Source: Deltaproteobacteria bacterium (lineage in GTDB: Bacteria; Desulfobacterota; Dissulfuribacteria; Dissulfuribacterales; QOAL01). From it: 64,000 bases of DNA. Position 1 is the first letter of the stretch; each line of letters begins with the position of its first letter. This document shows positions 21,222 through 31,201 of the stretch, piece by piece. The stretch is taken from NCBI GenBank assembly GCA_024275145.1, contig JAJRZR010000063.1, forward strand, positions 1,231-65,230. Direction: 5' to 3'. The notes under the pieces are model-generated. The model was not told where the DNA came from. It made no database searches and was given only the letters and a program-made list of their open reading frames with translations. Both the position numbers and the translations under genes were made by a program.

Positions 21222-21437
21222 TTAGTGTTCCAGCTTGCCGCCCGCCAGATCCAGGGCCTTTTTCAGCCCTGCGTTCACCTGTTGAAGTGCGGAAAACGCC
21301 TCCAATATGGCGTCAGCCACCTGGGAGTTTCCCTCCTTCTTCATCTGTTCCGCCCATTCGGCGAATTCCTTGCCGTGTTCCTCGTTATGGGTTATCCAGT
21401 GAGGTATCAGTACCCTCAATTTTTCCACATCTGTCAC
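21222..21437 (-). CDS. Small helical His-rich protein of unknown function
   Basis: 71-aa ORF; HWITHNEEH motif; immediately downstream of the CooT-like gene on the same strand. Confidence 0.5.
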   Translation of the reverse strand: MTDVEKLRVLIPHWITHNEEHGKEFAEWAEQMKKEGNSQVADAILEAFSALQQVNAGLKKALDLAGGKLEH

Positions 21438-21538
21438 GTCTAAACACCTCTGATGGAAATTGATCGATTTCTAAAGGGCCCCTGGTGTTCGTATGCCATA
21501 GAGAATAGAAGCCATTTCTGCGTGTTTTTCAAGCTGTT

Positions 21539-21730
21539 TCATTCGATTGGTTCAAGAATAATCTTGTGTTTCAGAAGGTCTATAGTAACAATTTTTGCCG
21601 GTATTGTCTTCGGTTCTTCGAAAAAACCCTGTATCTTTACCCCCTCTGGGCATGGTTCCACAAGAATTGCGTCCCGTAGTATTTCTTCCTCGGAATTTCC
21701 CTTTTTCATATAAACAGTGGATTGACACAT
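21539..21730 (-). CDS. cooT: CooT-family nickel-binding protein
   Basis: ORF 21539-21763; from the internal Met the sequence is MCQSTVYMKKGNSEEEILRDAILVE...IVTIDLLKHKIILE, with the CooT pattern including Cys2. Confidence 0.7.
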   Translation of the reverse strand: MCQSTVYMKKGNSEEEILRDAILVEPCPEGVKIQGFFEEPKTIPAKIVTIDLLKHKIILEPIE

Positions 21731-21841
21731 TATAGGGCTCCTTAATAATTGAGCAGTTTGCATTGTCTGTAGGGGCTTGACTTGAAACCCTTTTTAATTA
21801 TAACTGATCCGGTAGCCTGATAGCGACCCCTTTTTAAATAA

Positions 21842-23131
<1,290 letters not shown>

Positions 23132-23280
23132 GGGATTTCTGGTGGGGAATCCCCACGTCCTTGTCCAATAGCCATGTCATGTGTTGGCAAAAGCCTTACA
23201 CGCCTGGCATGCCCCGGTTCTGCTTCCTTTGTGGCGGAGTGGGCGTTCAGGCTTAGGCCCCGTGTGGCTGTTCGGTATTT

Positions 23281-23874
23281 CTATCCATTGCCTCCTGGCC
23301 CGTAATCAAACAGGAGGAGTTGGGAGCGTTCATCCCCTTCATCCAGTTCGGCTATTTCCTTGAGCGTGGGCATGGAAGACAAATCGTCTAACTGAAATAT
23401 CTGTAGAAAGCGTCTGGTAGTGCGGTAGAGCAGGGGACGACCGGGGGTGTTTTTCCTGCCAGAGATCCTTATTAGCTTTTTCTCTAAAAGGAAACGAAGT
23501 GTGCCACTGGAATCCACTCCCCTTATTTCCTCTATTTCGGCCCTGGTGGTTGGCTGGCGATAGGCGATGAGTGCCAATGTCTCAAGTGATGCCTTGCTCA
23601 GCCTGAGTGGTGGTACCTTTTTGAATCTCAATATCCATTTCTTCAGGTCCCTTCGGGTTTGAAGGCGGTAGCCGCCAGCCACATTGACAAGCTCGATGCC
23701 ACGCGATTTCAAATCGTAATCCATGGCGAGTGCCTTCAAGGCCGTCTCTATTGCAGGTCTTTCGTGTTCGGGCAGATGCTTACACAGGGTAGATAGTGTG
23801 AGTGCCCCTCTAGCGGTAAAGAGTATCGCCTCTATGATTGCCTTGAGAGTCGGGGTATCACTATGGTTGGCCAT
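23281..23874 (-). CDS. scpB: Segregation and condensation protein B
   Basis: 197-aa ORF; two winged-helix repeats (IIEAILFTARGALTL..., LETLALIAYRQPTTRAEIEEIRGV). Confidence 0.88.
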   Translation of the reverse strand: MANHSDTPTLKAIIEAILFTARGALTLSTLCKHLPEHERPAIETALKALAMDYDLKSRGIELVNVAGGYRLQTRRDLKKWILRFKKVPPLRLSKASLETLALIAYRQPTTRAEIEEIRGVDSSGTLRFLLEKKLIRISGRKNTPGRPLLYRTTRRFLQIFQLDDLSSMPTLKEIAELDEGDERSQLLLFDYGPGGNG

Positions 23875-23881
23875 TTCACGG

Positions 23882-24172
23882 TTATAGCTCTTCTACTACT
23901 ATCGTTCCGCTTATCTTTATGTCCTTTCCATTATCGTCTATAAAGGATATAAATGACCCCTGTACCTCGATTTTGAAGCGTCCTTCCCACCTTTTTATTG
24001 GATTGCCTTGGCAATCGTACAAGGTCACTCGCCTCTTAAGCCCTATGATATCAGATTTGAAGTGCTTGAGGTTTTTCCTTTGCCTCTCGGTACATCCTCC
24101 AAGTCCAAGGATCAATAGAAATATCAATAGGATTGCGGCAAGCTTCCTGTTCATGCTCGTTTCCTGTCTCAT
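23882..24172 (-). CDS. Small lipoprotein of unknown function
   Basis: 96-aa ORF; signal peptide plus lipobox LGLGGC; its start overlaps the iorB stop by 4 nt, and it ends 7 nt before scpB. Confidence 0.55.
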   Translation of the reverse strand: MRQETSMNRKLAAILLIFLLILGLGGCTERQRKNLKHFKSDIIGLKRRVTLYDCQGNPIKRWEGRFKIEVQGSFISFIDDNGKDIKISGTIVVEEL

Positions 24173-24762
24173 TTTGTAACCTGGGCCAATCCAAGCTCAA
24201 AGGCCTTGAGATTGGCATCGACGAATTTAGGCTTTATTTTTTCTTTTATGTTCCTTTTAAGGTGCTCGGGCGATACAGGGATGGCTCCACAGCCTATCAG
24301 GGCTCCAAGGAGGACGATGTTGACCGCCCGTGTGGTCCCGGCTTGCCTGGCGAGGGATTCGGCATTGAATGCCACGGTGTTCTTGAACAACTGTTTTATG
24401 AAGGCAATCCATTTTCCAGGATCAGGATACCCGCTCTGCCCTAGCCTTACCGTAAACGGCTGTATGGGAATGATGTTGCTGATTATCCATGTGCCTTCAT
24501 GGCATTTCGGCAGGGCACGGAGGGTCTCAAGGGGCTCGAAGCTTACCAATATATCGGCTTCTCCATTTGAGATTATAGGCCCTTCGAGCCCTCCAAGCAT
24601 CACAGTAGATTCCACGACTCCTCCCCTCTGGGCCATGCCGTGGACCTCGCTTACCCTTACAGGGAATCCCTCTTCCATCATGGTCTCTCCGAGAAGCCTG
24701 GATGCCAGGAGTGTCCCCTGCCCCCCTACACCGGTAAAAAGAATCCGTTGGAATGCCATCAT
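24169..24762 (-). CDS. iorB: Indolepyruvate:ferredoxin oxidoreductase subunit beta
   Basis: 197-aa ORF; GVGGQGTLLASRLLG and SEVHGMAQRGGVV motifs of the POR-gamma/IorB family; overlaps the iorA stop. Confidence 0.88.
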   Translation of the reverse strand: MMAFQRILFTGVGGQGTLLASRLLGETMMEEGFPVRVSEVHGMAQRGGVVESTVMLGGLEGPIISNGEADILVSFEPLETLRALPKCHEGTWIISNIIPIQPFTVRLGQSGYPDPGKWIAFIKQLFKNTVAFNAESLARQAGTTRAVNIVLLGALIGCGAIPVSPEHLKRNIKEKIKPKFVDANLKAFELGLAQVTK

Positions 24763-26450
24763 CCTTTTCCTCCTACTCGTTTATAATAGAGGATACAGGG
24801 GGCCTCTGCGATTACCACTGAAAGCCGGTCTTCAGCCAGCACCTCCTTGAATACCTCTATGGTTGCCTCCTTCTTGTAAGGATTCACCTTCCTCACCACC
24901 TTTACACCGCAGGCCTTCACCACGTCCTCTATTGGTACACGGGGTTTTTCATAACCAGGGGGGCTCAGCTTAATCCCTGGATTCGGCTGATGGCCGGTCA
25001 TTGCAGTGGTGGAATTATCCAGGACAACGAGGCAGAAATTGTGCTCGTTGTGAACCGCGTTTACCAACGAGGAAATTCCAGAGTGGAAAAAGGTTGAATC
25101 CCCTATGAACGAGACGATCTTCTGGTCTGTGGCCACAGAGAAACCGGCAGAGGTTCCCACACTGGAGCCCATGCAGAGAAGATAGTCCGCCATCTGGATC
25201 GGTGGCAAGAGTCCCAGGGTATAACAGCCTATGTCCGTAGGGTATATGGTCCTTGGTGTATACCCCAGCAGGTCGAGGGCCCCCTTGACCGCATTGTAGG
25301 TCTCTCTGTGGGGACAGCCTTGGCACAGTGAAGGCGGTCTCATTGGCAGTTCCGGCAACCGGGAAAGGTCAGGGACCTTGGGGCCTTTGGTCTCAAGCCC
25401 AAGGATATCGGCAATGGCCTTCTTTACCATGGCGGGATCGAATTCATAGAGTCTTGAAAAATGCCCACTTGCCTTTCCCAAAATGGGTATATTAATCTTG
25501 ACTTCATTGGCCAGCACCTTTAGCGTATCCTCTTGAAATGGCTCCAGTTCCTCGACTACCAATACCTTGTCTACAGATTTAAGGAATTCGATCAGAAGCT
25601 CCCTTGGTTGTGGATAGGTGAAACCAAGCCTCAAGAAGCTTACCCGCTCCTCACAGCCTAGTTCCATGATGGTATCGTGGACATAGCAGGCCGCCACGCC
25701 GCTGGCCAGTATGCCTGTCTTCCCTGATCCCCCTATACGGTTAAAAACCGATGATTCGGCCTTTTTTTGCGCCTTTTCCACCTGCTCCAGCAGGACCTTG
25801 TGACGTACCCGTGCCACGCCTGGCACAGGCACCCATCTTCCCGGGGTCCGCTCAAATTCTCCAAGGGTCTGTTTTGTCACGGGTAGTGGACCTAGTTCAA
25901 CCGGTCCTCTAACATGGGATGTCCTTGTGGTGGTCCGGATTATGACAGGAAGCTCCAGCTCCTCGGATAACTCGAATGCAGCCTTGGTCATATCCCTGGC
26001 CTCCTGCGGGCCCGCAGGTTCAAGCATGGGCAGGTTCGCCAGCCTGGCATAGTAGCGGTTATCCTGTTCGTTCTGGCTTGAGTGCATGGAAGGATCGTCC
26101 GCAGTCACTATTACCATGCCACCCTTTGTGCCTATGTAGGCAAGGGTTATCAGTACGTCTGAGGCCACGTTCATCCCAACGTGCTTCATGCACGTGAGGC
26201 TTCTGAGGCCAGCGGCCGAAGCAGCGGCTGCCACCTCCATGGCTACCTTTTCGTTGGTGGAAAATTCGAAGTACAGGCGCGCTTCCGGCTCCCCTGCGAG
26301 CTGAAATAGATTATTGCCTATCTCGGACGATGGGGTCCCAGGGTAGGCAGCTGCTACGGCAAGACCTGCCTCGAGTGCTCCCCTTACAATGGCCTCGTTG
26401 CCGAGCAGCAACATCTTTTTGCCAGGATTGTCTGTTATGAGTGGATGCAT
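24759..26450 (-). CDS. iorA: Indolepyruvate:ferredoxin oxidoreductase subunit alpha (short form without ferredoxin domain)
   Basis: 563-aa ORF; GNEAIVRGALEAG, AAAYPGTPSSEI, TPP-binding region GDSTFFHSG; no CxxCxxCxxxCP repeats seen. Confidence 0.88.
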   Translation of the reverse strand: MHPLITDNPGKKMLLLGNEAIVRGALEAGLAVAAAYPGTPSSEIGNNLFQLAGEPEARLYFEFSTNEKVAMEVAAAASAAGLRSLTCMKHVGMNVASDVLITLAYIGTKGGMVIVTADDPSMHSSQNEQDNRYYARLANLPMLEPAGPQEARDMTKAAFELSEELELPVIIRTTTRTSHVRGPVELGPLPVTKQTLGEFERTPGRWVPVPGVARVRHKVLLEQVEKAQKKAESSVFNRIGGSGKTGILASGVAACYVHDTIMELGCEERVSFLRLGFTYPQPRELLIEFLKSVDKVLVVEELEPFQEDTLKVLANEVKINIPILGKASGHFSRLYEFDPAMVKKAIADILGLETKGPKVPDLSRLPELPMRPPSLCQGCPHRETYNAVKGALDLLGYTPRTIYPTDIGCYTLGLLPPIQMADYLLCMGSSVGTSAGFSVATDQKIVSFIGDSTFFHSGISSLVNAVHNEHNFCLVVLDNSTTAMTGHQPNPGIKLSPPGYEKPRVPIEDVVKACGVKVVRKVNPYKKEATIEVFKEVLAEDRLSVVIAEAPCILYYKRVGGKG

Positions 26451-26574
26451 AGAGTTTTTTCCCTTTTAAACTAGAGATGATCGGCGCAGATTTCCATGAG
26501 TGCCCTGTTCGTTCCGTGTATCTTACTATACGTTCATCCCTGGCTGGGGTAGCGTTTGTGCAAGTATCCCTTGA

Positions 26575-26613
26575 CATGAAAATACGGCCCTGATGGAAGA
26601 TATTTTTTTCAGG
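26575..26613 (+). repeat. REP-like hairpin repeat, copy S5
   Basis: CATGAAAATACGGCCCTGATGGAAGATATTTTTTTCAGG; 21/24 identity to S1 over the 5' part. Confidence 0.65.
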
Positions 26614-26709
26614 ATCCTTCCAGTCACCACTGCTATTGGATTTGAGGGCACCTTGCTGTAGGATTTTTTTCAGGGGTAATCGTCAGAGAATTCCTGTTAT
26701 GCAAAGCGG

Positions 26710-27783
26710 TTACGAAGCAAGCTCTGACATCTTTACTATGTCGCCAGATTTGAATCCCTGGCCTGAGATGATAACGGCCTTCGATGCATCTGTCCCGAAT
26801 AGCGAATCTATCTTGATCTCTCCCTTGAAAGGGCCTGGTGCGAAACCCAGGGAGTGTCCGGTAATCGGATCAATAATCTCTTGTCCCAGGCCGAACACCT
26901 TGAGCCTATCTCCGGGCTGGAGCCCGGTGAGCCTTCCTGCATTCAAATAGATACCATCGGCAGCAACCTTTACTATTCTACACGACCATGCAGTTCCCCT
27001 TATGACATCTTCTGATATTTTCTTGGCTACCGTGTCAAATTGGTCTACGGTGGCAAGGTAGGAACCTATCAGAGCACTTTCTGTTGCATGGATTACATCT
27101 ATGCGCAGTGGGGAACCGGACCCCTTTGCAGGGGGCTTCCCCTGGGGAAAGTAGACCAGGATGTAGGCATGTATCCCGGCCGCAGCGGCCACCTCCCTTC
27201 GCACCGATGCAGATGCGAGGTCGCTTACCGTTTCTCCTCGTTCCTTCAAAAGCCTGGAGAGCTGGCTGGCATCTACAGGCACGATGCCATCGGTCCTTCT
27301 AAGGGCTGCAGGAAGAAGTGAAAGCACGTCCAGTCCAAGGTCACCAAGAAGGGATAGAAGGACCACCTTGCGGCGCAAGACAGGCATTCCATGTTTGTCA
27401 GTAGCCCGCTGGGGTAGTCCCTTCAATCGTTCCTCGATCCGTGCGAGGCGGGCTTCAAGCTGCTTTTCCTTTTTTGAATTCCCGAAAAGGGACAGCGATT
27501 TGCCGGAGCCTGCTGTCTGGCGGAAGTAATCCTCTGTTATTAGCATGGGAGAGCTTATTATTCTTTCTTCCAATTCCTCCTGGCGGGCCTCTTCAGAGGA
27601 CTTTTTCTGGCTCTTTTCTCCTTTTGATACGGTTTGTTCCTGAATGCCCTGGGAGCCTTCTCGCTTGTGTAGCGCGCATCCCCCTGACGCCGTAACGGCA
27701 AGAAGGCAGATGAGCGCACAAATGACAACACCGCTATTGTGTCCATAGGGGTTTTTGTTTTTCAATGGAGAGGCCCTCAACAC
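26710..27783 (-). CDS. Lipoprotein of unknown function (coiled-coil linker plus C-terminal beta-rich domain)
   Basis: 357-aa ORF; lipobox TASGGC; charged/coiled segment (KKSSEEARQEELEERI...KQLEARLARIEERLK); no family recognised with confidence. Confidence 0.5.
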   Translation of the reverse strand: MLRASPLKNKNPYGHNSGVVICALICLLAVTASGGCALHKREGSQGIQEQTVSKGEKSQKKSSEEARQEELEERIISSPMLITEDYFRQTAGSGKSLSLFGNSKKEKQLEARLARIEERLKGLPQRATDKHGMPVLRRKVVLLSLLGDLGLDVLSLLPAALRRTDGIVPVDASQLSRLLKERGETVSDLASASVRREVAAAAGIHAYILVYFPQGKPPAKGSGSPLRIDVIHATESALIGSYLATVDQFDTVAKKISEDVIRGTAWSCRIVKVAADGIYLNAGRLTGLQPGDRLKVFGLGQEIIDPITGHSLGFAPGPFKGEIKIDSLFGTDASKAVIISGQGFKSGDIVKMSELAS

Positions 27784-27828
27784 GTTGTGTAATCCTTAAG
27801 TCTCTGAACTCAAATATTATAATCGAGG

Positions 27829-27872
27829 CCCTTGAAAATTTCCTGTAGTGCCCGGTAGCCCTGGGTTTCACG
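27829..27872 (+). repeat. REP-like hairpin repeat, copy S10 (divergent loop)
   Basis: CCCTTGAAAATTTCCTGTAGTGCCCGGTAGCCCTGGGTTTCACGG; arms CCTTGAAA/TTTCACGG pair 7/8, with the same mismatch position as S1. Confidence 0.5.
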
Positions 27873-28086
27873 GCGAGAAACGCCTGTATGTGTGCATATT
27901 GCACTTTTTCACTTTCTACCGTTGCCTTTGAACAAGGTGATAATTTTCCAAAGGGCCTTGACTGTTATCCTGAAGATATATTCCTCTTACCGGGCGTGTT
28001 TTTGCACCCAGGGGCTACAACAGATGCGCGTGCTGCCTCAAGGTTTATTACAGCGAAGGCCGATCATCCCAACCTGCCCAGGGAGG

Positions 28087-29667
28087 TTACAATTCAACTG
28101 CCTGGGCCTGGGTAACCCCGTCTTGTTCCAGGAGCCTGGTAAGGACCTCCGGCGTGGCCTTTACATCTATGGTGAGCAGGATGACGTTACGGTTGTGGCC
28201 AGGATCTTGCCCGACCTGCATCCTGGCTATGTTTACGCCTGTATCACCAAGTGTCGTACCTATCCTGCCTATCACCCCGGGCCGATCCTCATTGTAGATA
28301 AGAAGCATATGACCTTCGGGAACCGCTTCCAGCCTGAAGTCGTTTATCCTCACGATGCGGGGTTCCTTCTTGCCGAAGATGGTTCCCACGATGGTGTTCT
28401 TGTCCCTGGCGGTCTTGACAGTTATGGCCAGTAGGTTATTAAAGTCCTCAGAGGTCTTACTCTTCGACTCTATGATCTTGATGCCCCTTTCCTCGGCGAT
28501 GATAGGCGCATTTACGAAATTTACGTCTTCCCTTACGACCGGGGCCAGAAGGCTCTTGATTGCAGATATTGTGACAGGGGCTGTATCTATGTCTGCCAAG
28601 TCACCCTGGTAGGAAATTGTGACCTCCTCAATGGCGCCATGGGATATTTGGGCCAGGAATGCACCCATTTTCTCCGCGAGATTGAGCACGGGCGCCAGCC
28701 TTGTTAGCAATTCTCCACTGACCGACGGTACGTTGACCGCATTTCTCACCTCGCCCTTTGTAAGATAGTCTGAGATCTGCCTTGCCACGGCTACGGCCAC
28801 ATTCTCCTGGGCCTCCCTGGTGGAGGCACCCAGATGGGGCGTGCAGATAAAATTGTCAAGGGACAAGAGGGGGTTTTCCAATGTGGTGGGCTCTATCTCG
28901 AAGACATCAAGGGCTGCAGCACCAAGCCTGCCAGAGGTCAATGCCTCGTACAGGTCTTTTTCGTTGACTATGCCACCTCGTGCGCAGTTCAACACGATGG
29001 CCCCTTTTTTCATCTTTGAGAACAGGTCCTTGTTGAGCATCCCCCTGGTTTCACTGGTTAAAGGCGTATGAACCGAGACATAATCAGCATTTTCAAGCAC
29101 GGTGTCCAGGTCTGTAAGCTCGATCCCCAGTTTTTCTGCAATACTCGGATTTATATGGGGATCATATGCCATGACCTTCATCTTGAGGCCCTTGGCAATC
29201 TGTGAAACGATTGCACCAATCCTGCCGCTGCCGATGATGCCGAGGGTCTTCCCGGCCACTTCCTGCCCAAGGAATTTTTTCTTTTCCCATTTGCCGGCCT
29301 TCATGGAGGCAGTTGCCTGGGGAATGTGTCTCGATACAGACATCAACATCGCAATGGTATGCTCGGCCGCTGAGTTCGTGTTGCCGCCGGGTGTATTCAT
29401 GACCACGATGCCACGCTTGTTACATGCGGCGATGTTTACGTTGTCCAAGCCGGTACCCGCTCTTCCAACCACCTTCAATCTCTTTGCCGCTTCAACCAAC
29501 TCCGGCGTGACCTTGGTATTGCTGCGTATTACCAGTCCATCTGCGTCCTTTACCACCTCTTTCAGCTTATCTGGGTTTAACCCGAGGCGTTCTTCCACTT
29601 CAAGCCCTGCGGATTTCAGGATGTCAATCCCCTCCTGGGCAATTGGATCTGTAATCAAAACCTTCAT
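28087..29667 (-). CDS. serA: D-3-phosphoglycerate dehydrogenase (long form with ASB and ACT domains)
   Basis: 526-aa ORF; NAD motif GIIGSGRIG, catalytic region CTPHLGAST, C-terminal ACT-like segment. Confidence 0.95.
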   Translation of the reverse strand: MKVLITDPIAQEGIDILKSAGLEVEERLGLNPDKLKEVVKDADGLVIRSNTKVTPELVEAAKRLKVVGRAGTGLDNVNIAACNKRGIVVMNTPGGNTNSAAEHTIAMLMSVSRHIPQATASMKAGKWEKKKFLGQEVAGKTLGIIGSGRIGAIVSQIAKGLKMKVMAYDPHINPSIAEKLGIELTDLDTVLENADYVSVHTPLTSETRGMLNKDLFSKMKKGAIVLNCARGGIVNEKDLYEALTSGRLGAAALDVFEIEPTTLENPLLSLDNFICTPHLGASTREAQENVAVAVARQISDYLTKGEVRNAVNVPSVSGELLTRLAPVLNLAEKMGAFLAQISHGAIEEVTISYQGDLADIDTAPVTISAIKSLLAPVVREDVNFVNAPIIAEERGIKIIESKSKTSEDFNNLLAITVKTARDKNTIVGTIFGKKEPRIVRINDFRLEAVPEGHMLLIYNEDRPGVIGRIGTTLGDTGVNIARMQVGQDPGHNRNVILLTIDVKATPEVLTRLLEQDGVTQAQAVEL

Positions 29668-29788
29668 CGTATACGTTCAATCCTTTCTGAGAATTTTGGC
29701 TAAATTACTGTGAAATGCACCCTTCGTCAGGGCGTATCCTTCTGCCCATGGCTGCTGGAACAAAGGTATACAGTCTGCATGGGCGTTT

Positions 29789-29834
29789 GCGTAAAAACAC
29801 ACTCCCCGCATGGGGCAGGGCTATGTTTTCAAGC
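29789..29834 (+). repeat. REP-like hairpin repeat, copy S11
   Basis: GCGTAAAAACACACTCCCCGCATGGGGCAGGGCTATGTTTTCAAGC; outer AAAACA/TGTTTT and inner CCCC/GGGG stems; closest to S3. Confidence 0.6.
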
Positions 29835-30998
29835 CGCGGTGCTGGATATACGGTTCGCATGAATATTTGCAAAATATTCCTGGGCCGCTGCGACCCCCTT
29901 ACCTAGTGTGACCGGGTGCCCAAGTTCTTTAAGTGCCCTTTCCACTGCCGCCAAGGCGATTATCATATCCCACTGGCACAAATGCCCCATATGTGAAATG
30001 CGGAAAATTTTGCCCTTGGCCTGGGCCTGGCCACCTGCGATGGTGATACCATAATCCTCTCTGAGGATCTTTACTACATCCTGGCCATTTATGCCATCCG
30101 GTGCCTTTATGACGGTTATGGCCTCGCTTGGGGCCTTTGCAAAGAGTTCCAAACCTAAGGCCCTTACGCCGGCCTTGGTAGCCTCGGACAGGGTCTTGTG
30201 GTGTTCAAAGAGCGCGCTTAGCCCGGTTTCCCTTATGTCCTTGAGCACTACGCTGAGACCCGTAATGAGCGAAACCGCCGGGGTAAATGCAGTGGTCTGG
30301 CGTTCTATTGCCTTTTTTTCCTTCAAGAAGTTGAAGTAATACCTGGAAGAGCCTGTCCTTTGGGCCATTTGCCATGCCTTTTCACTGACGCTTACAAGGG
30401 CAAGCCCTGGTGGCAGGGCCAGGGACTTTTGCGAGCCGGTTATCACTATGTCCAGGTTCCACTCGTCCGTTTTTATATCGTACACGCCGAGGGCGCTGAT
30501 TGCATCCACTGCCAGAACGGTTTCCCGCCTGTCTTTTACTATCCTACCAAGCTCTTCCACCGGATGCTTTACACCTGTAGAGGTTTCATGGGCCTGGACC
30601 AGTACGGCCTTTGCATCGGGGTTGCGTTCGAGAGCCTCCTCGACACTTTTGGGCTTTACGGCTTCCCCCCATGGCACGTCGATATTTACAGGTTCGACTC
30701 CATAGGCCTCGCAGAGTTCAGCCCAGCGTTCGCCGAACTTTCCTCCCCGGATTACAATAGCCTTATCGCCTGGGGAAAGTATATTGGCTACCGTTGCCTC
30801 CATACCCCCTGTACCCGAAGATGCCAGGATGAGAACGTCATTTTTTGTCTGGTACAGATATTTCAGGTCTTCCCTCACTTGGGTCAAAAGCGCAGAAAAC
30901 TGCGGAGACCGATGGTGTATCAGGGGCTCGGCCATCTTTGCCAGTACATGGGGGGCCACGGCTACAGGCCCTGGGGCCATCAAGTATCGCTTTTTCAT
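29829..30998 (-). CDS. Class-V aminotransferase (serine-pyruvate/alanine-glyoxylate family; possible phosphoserine aminotransferase)
   Basis: 389-aa ORF; MAPGPV N-terminus, SGTGGMEA, TGSQKSLALPPG (PLP lysine); immediately upstream of serA on the same strand. Confidence 0.8.
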   Translation of the reverse strand: MKKRYLMAPGPVAVAPHVLAKMAEPLIHHRSPQFSALLTQVREDLKYLYQTKNDVLILASSGTGGMEATVANILSPGDKAIVIRGGKFGERWAELCEAYGVEPVNIDVPWGEAVKPKSVEEALERNPDAKAVLVQAHETSTGVKHPVEELGRIVKDRRETVLAVDAISALGVYDIKTDEWNLDIVITGSQKSLALPPGLALVSVSEKAWQMAQRTGSSRYYFNFLKEKKAIERQTTAFTPAVSLITGLSVVLKDIRETGLSALFEHHKTLSEATKAGVRALGLELFAKAPSEAITVIKAPDGINGQDVVKILREDYGITIAGGQAQAKGKIFRISHMGHLCQWDMIIALAAVERALKELGHPVTLGKGVAAAQEYFANIHANRISSTAA

Positions 30999-31017
30999 CT
31001 ATCCTCTCCTTTTTAGT

Positions 31018-31118
31018 GTCTGAAAATATAGGTCCAAATCTTCTGCAGCCCGTATCCTTGAGGCCGCGCCCCCGGGCGTGAAGATATGGCCCGAGGCCGG
31101 GTGTGTTTTAAGGTAAAA
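31018..31118 (+). repeat. Composite/degenerate REP-like repeat, copy S7
   Basis: 5' arm CTGAAAATATAGGTCC (31018-), a second 5'-arm-like CGTGAAGATA (31076-) and a shared 3' arm GTGTTTTAAGGTAAAAG (~31102-31118). Confidence 0.45.
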
Positions 31119-31201
31119 GAGGTAATCGTCTTTTCAGGACCTCTGTCATAATTATGGTCACATGACTGCGAATTGGACTTTTGCCCCTTTAGGTCCTCTT
31201 G

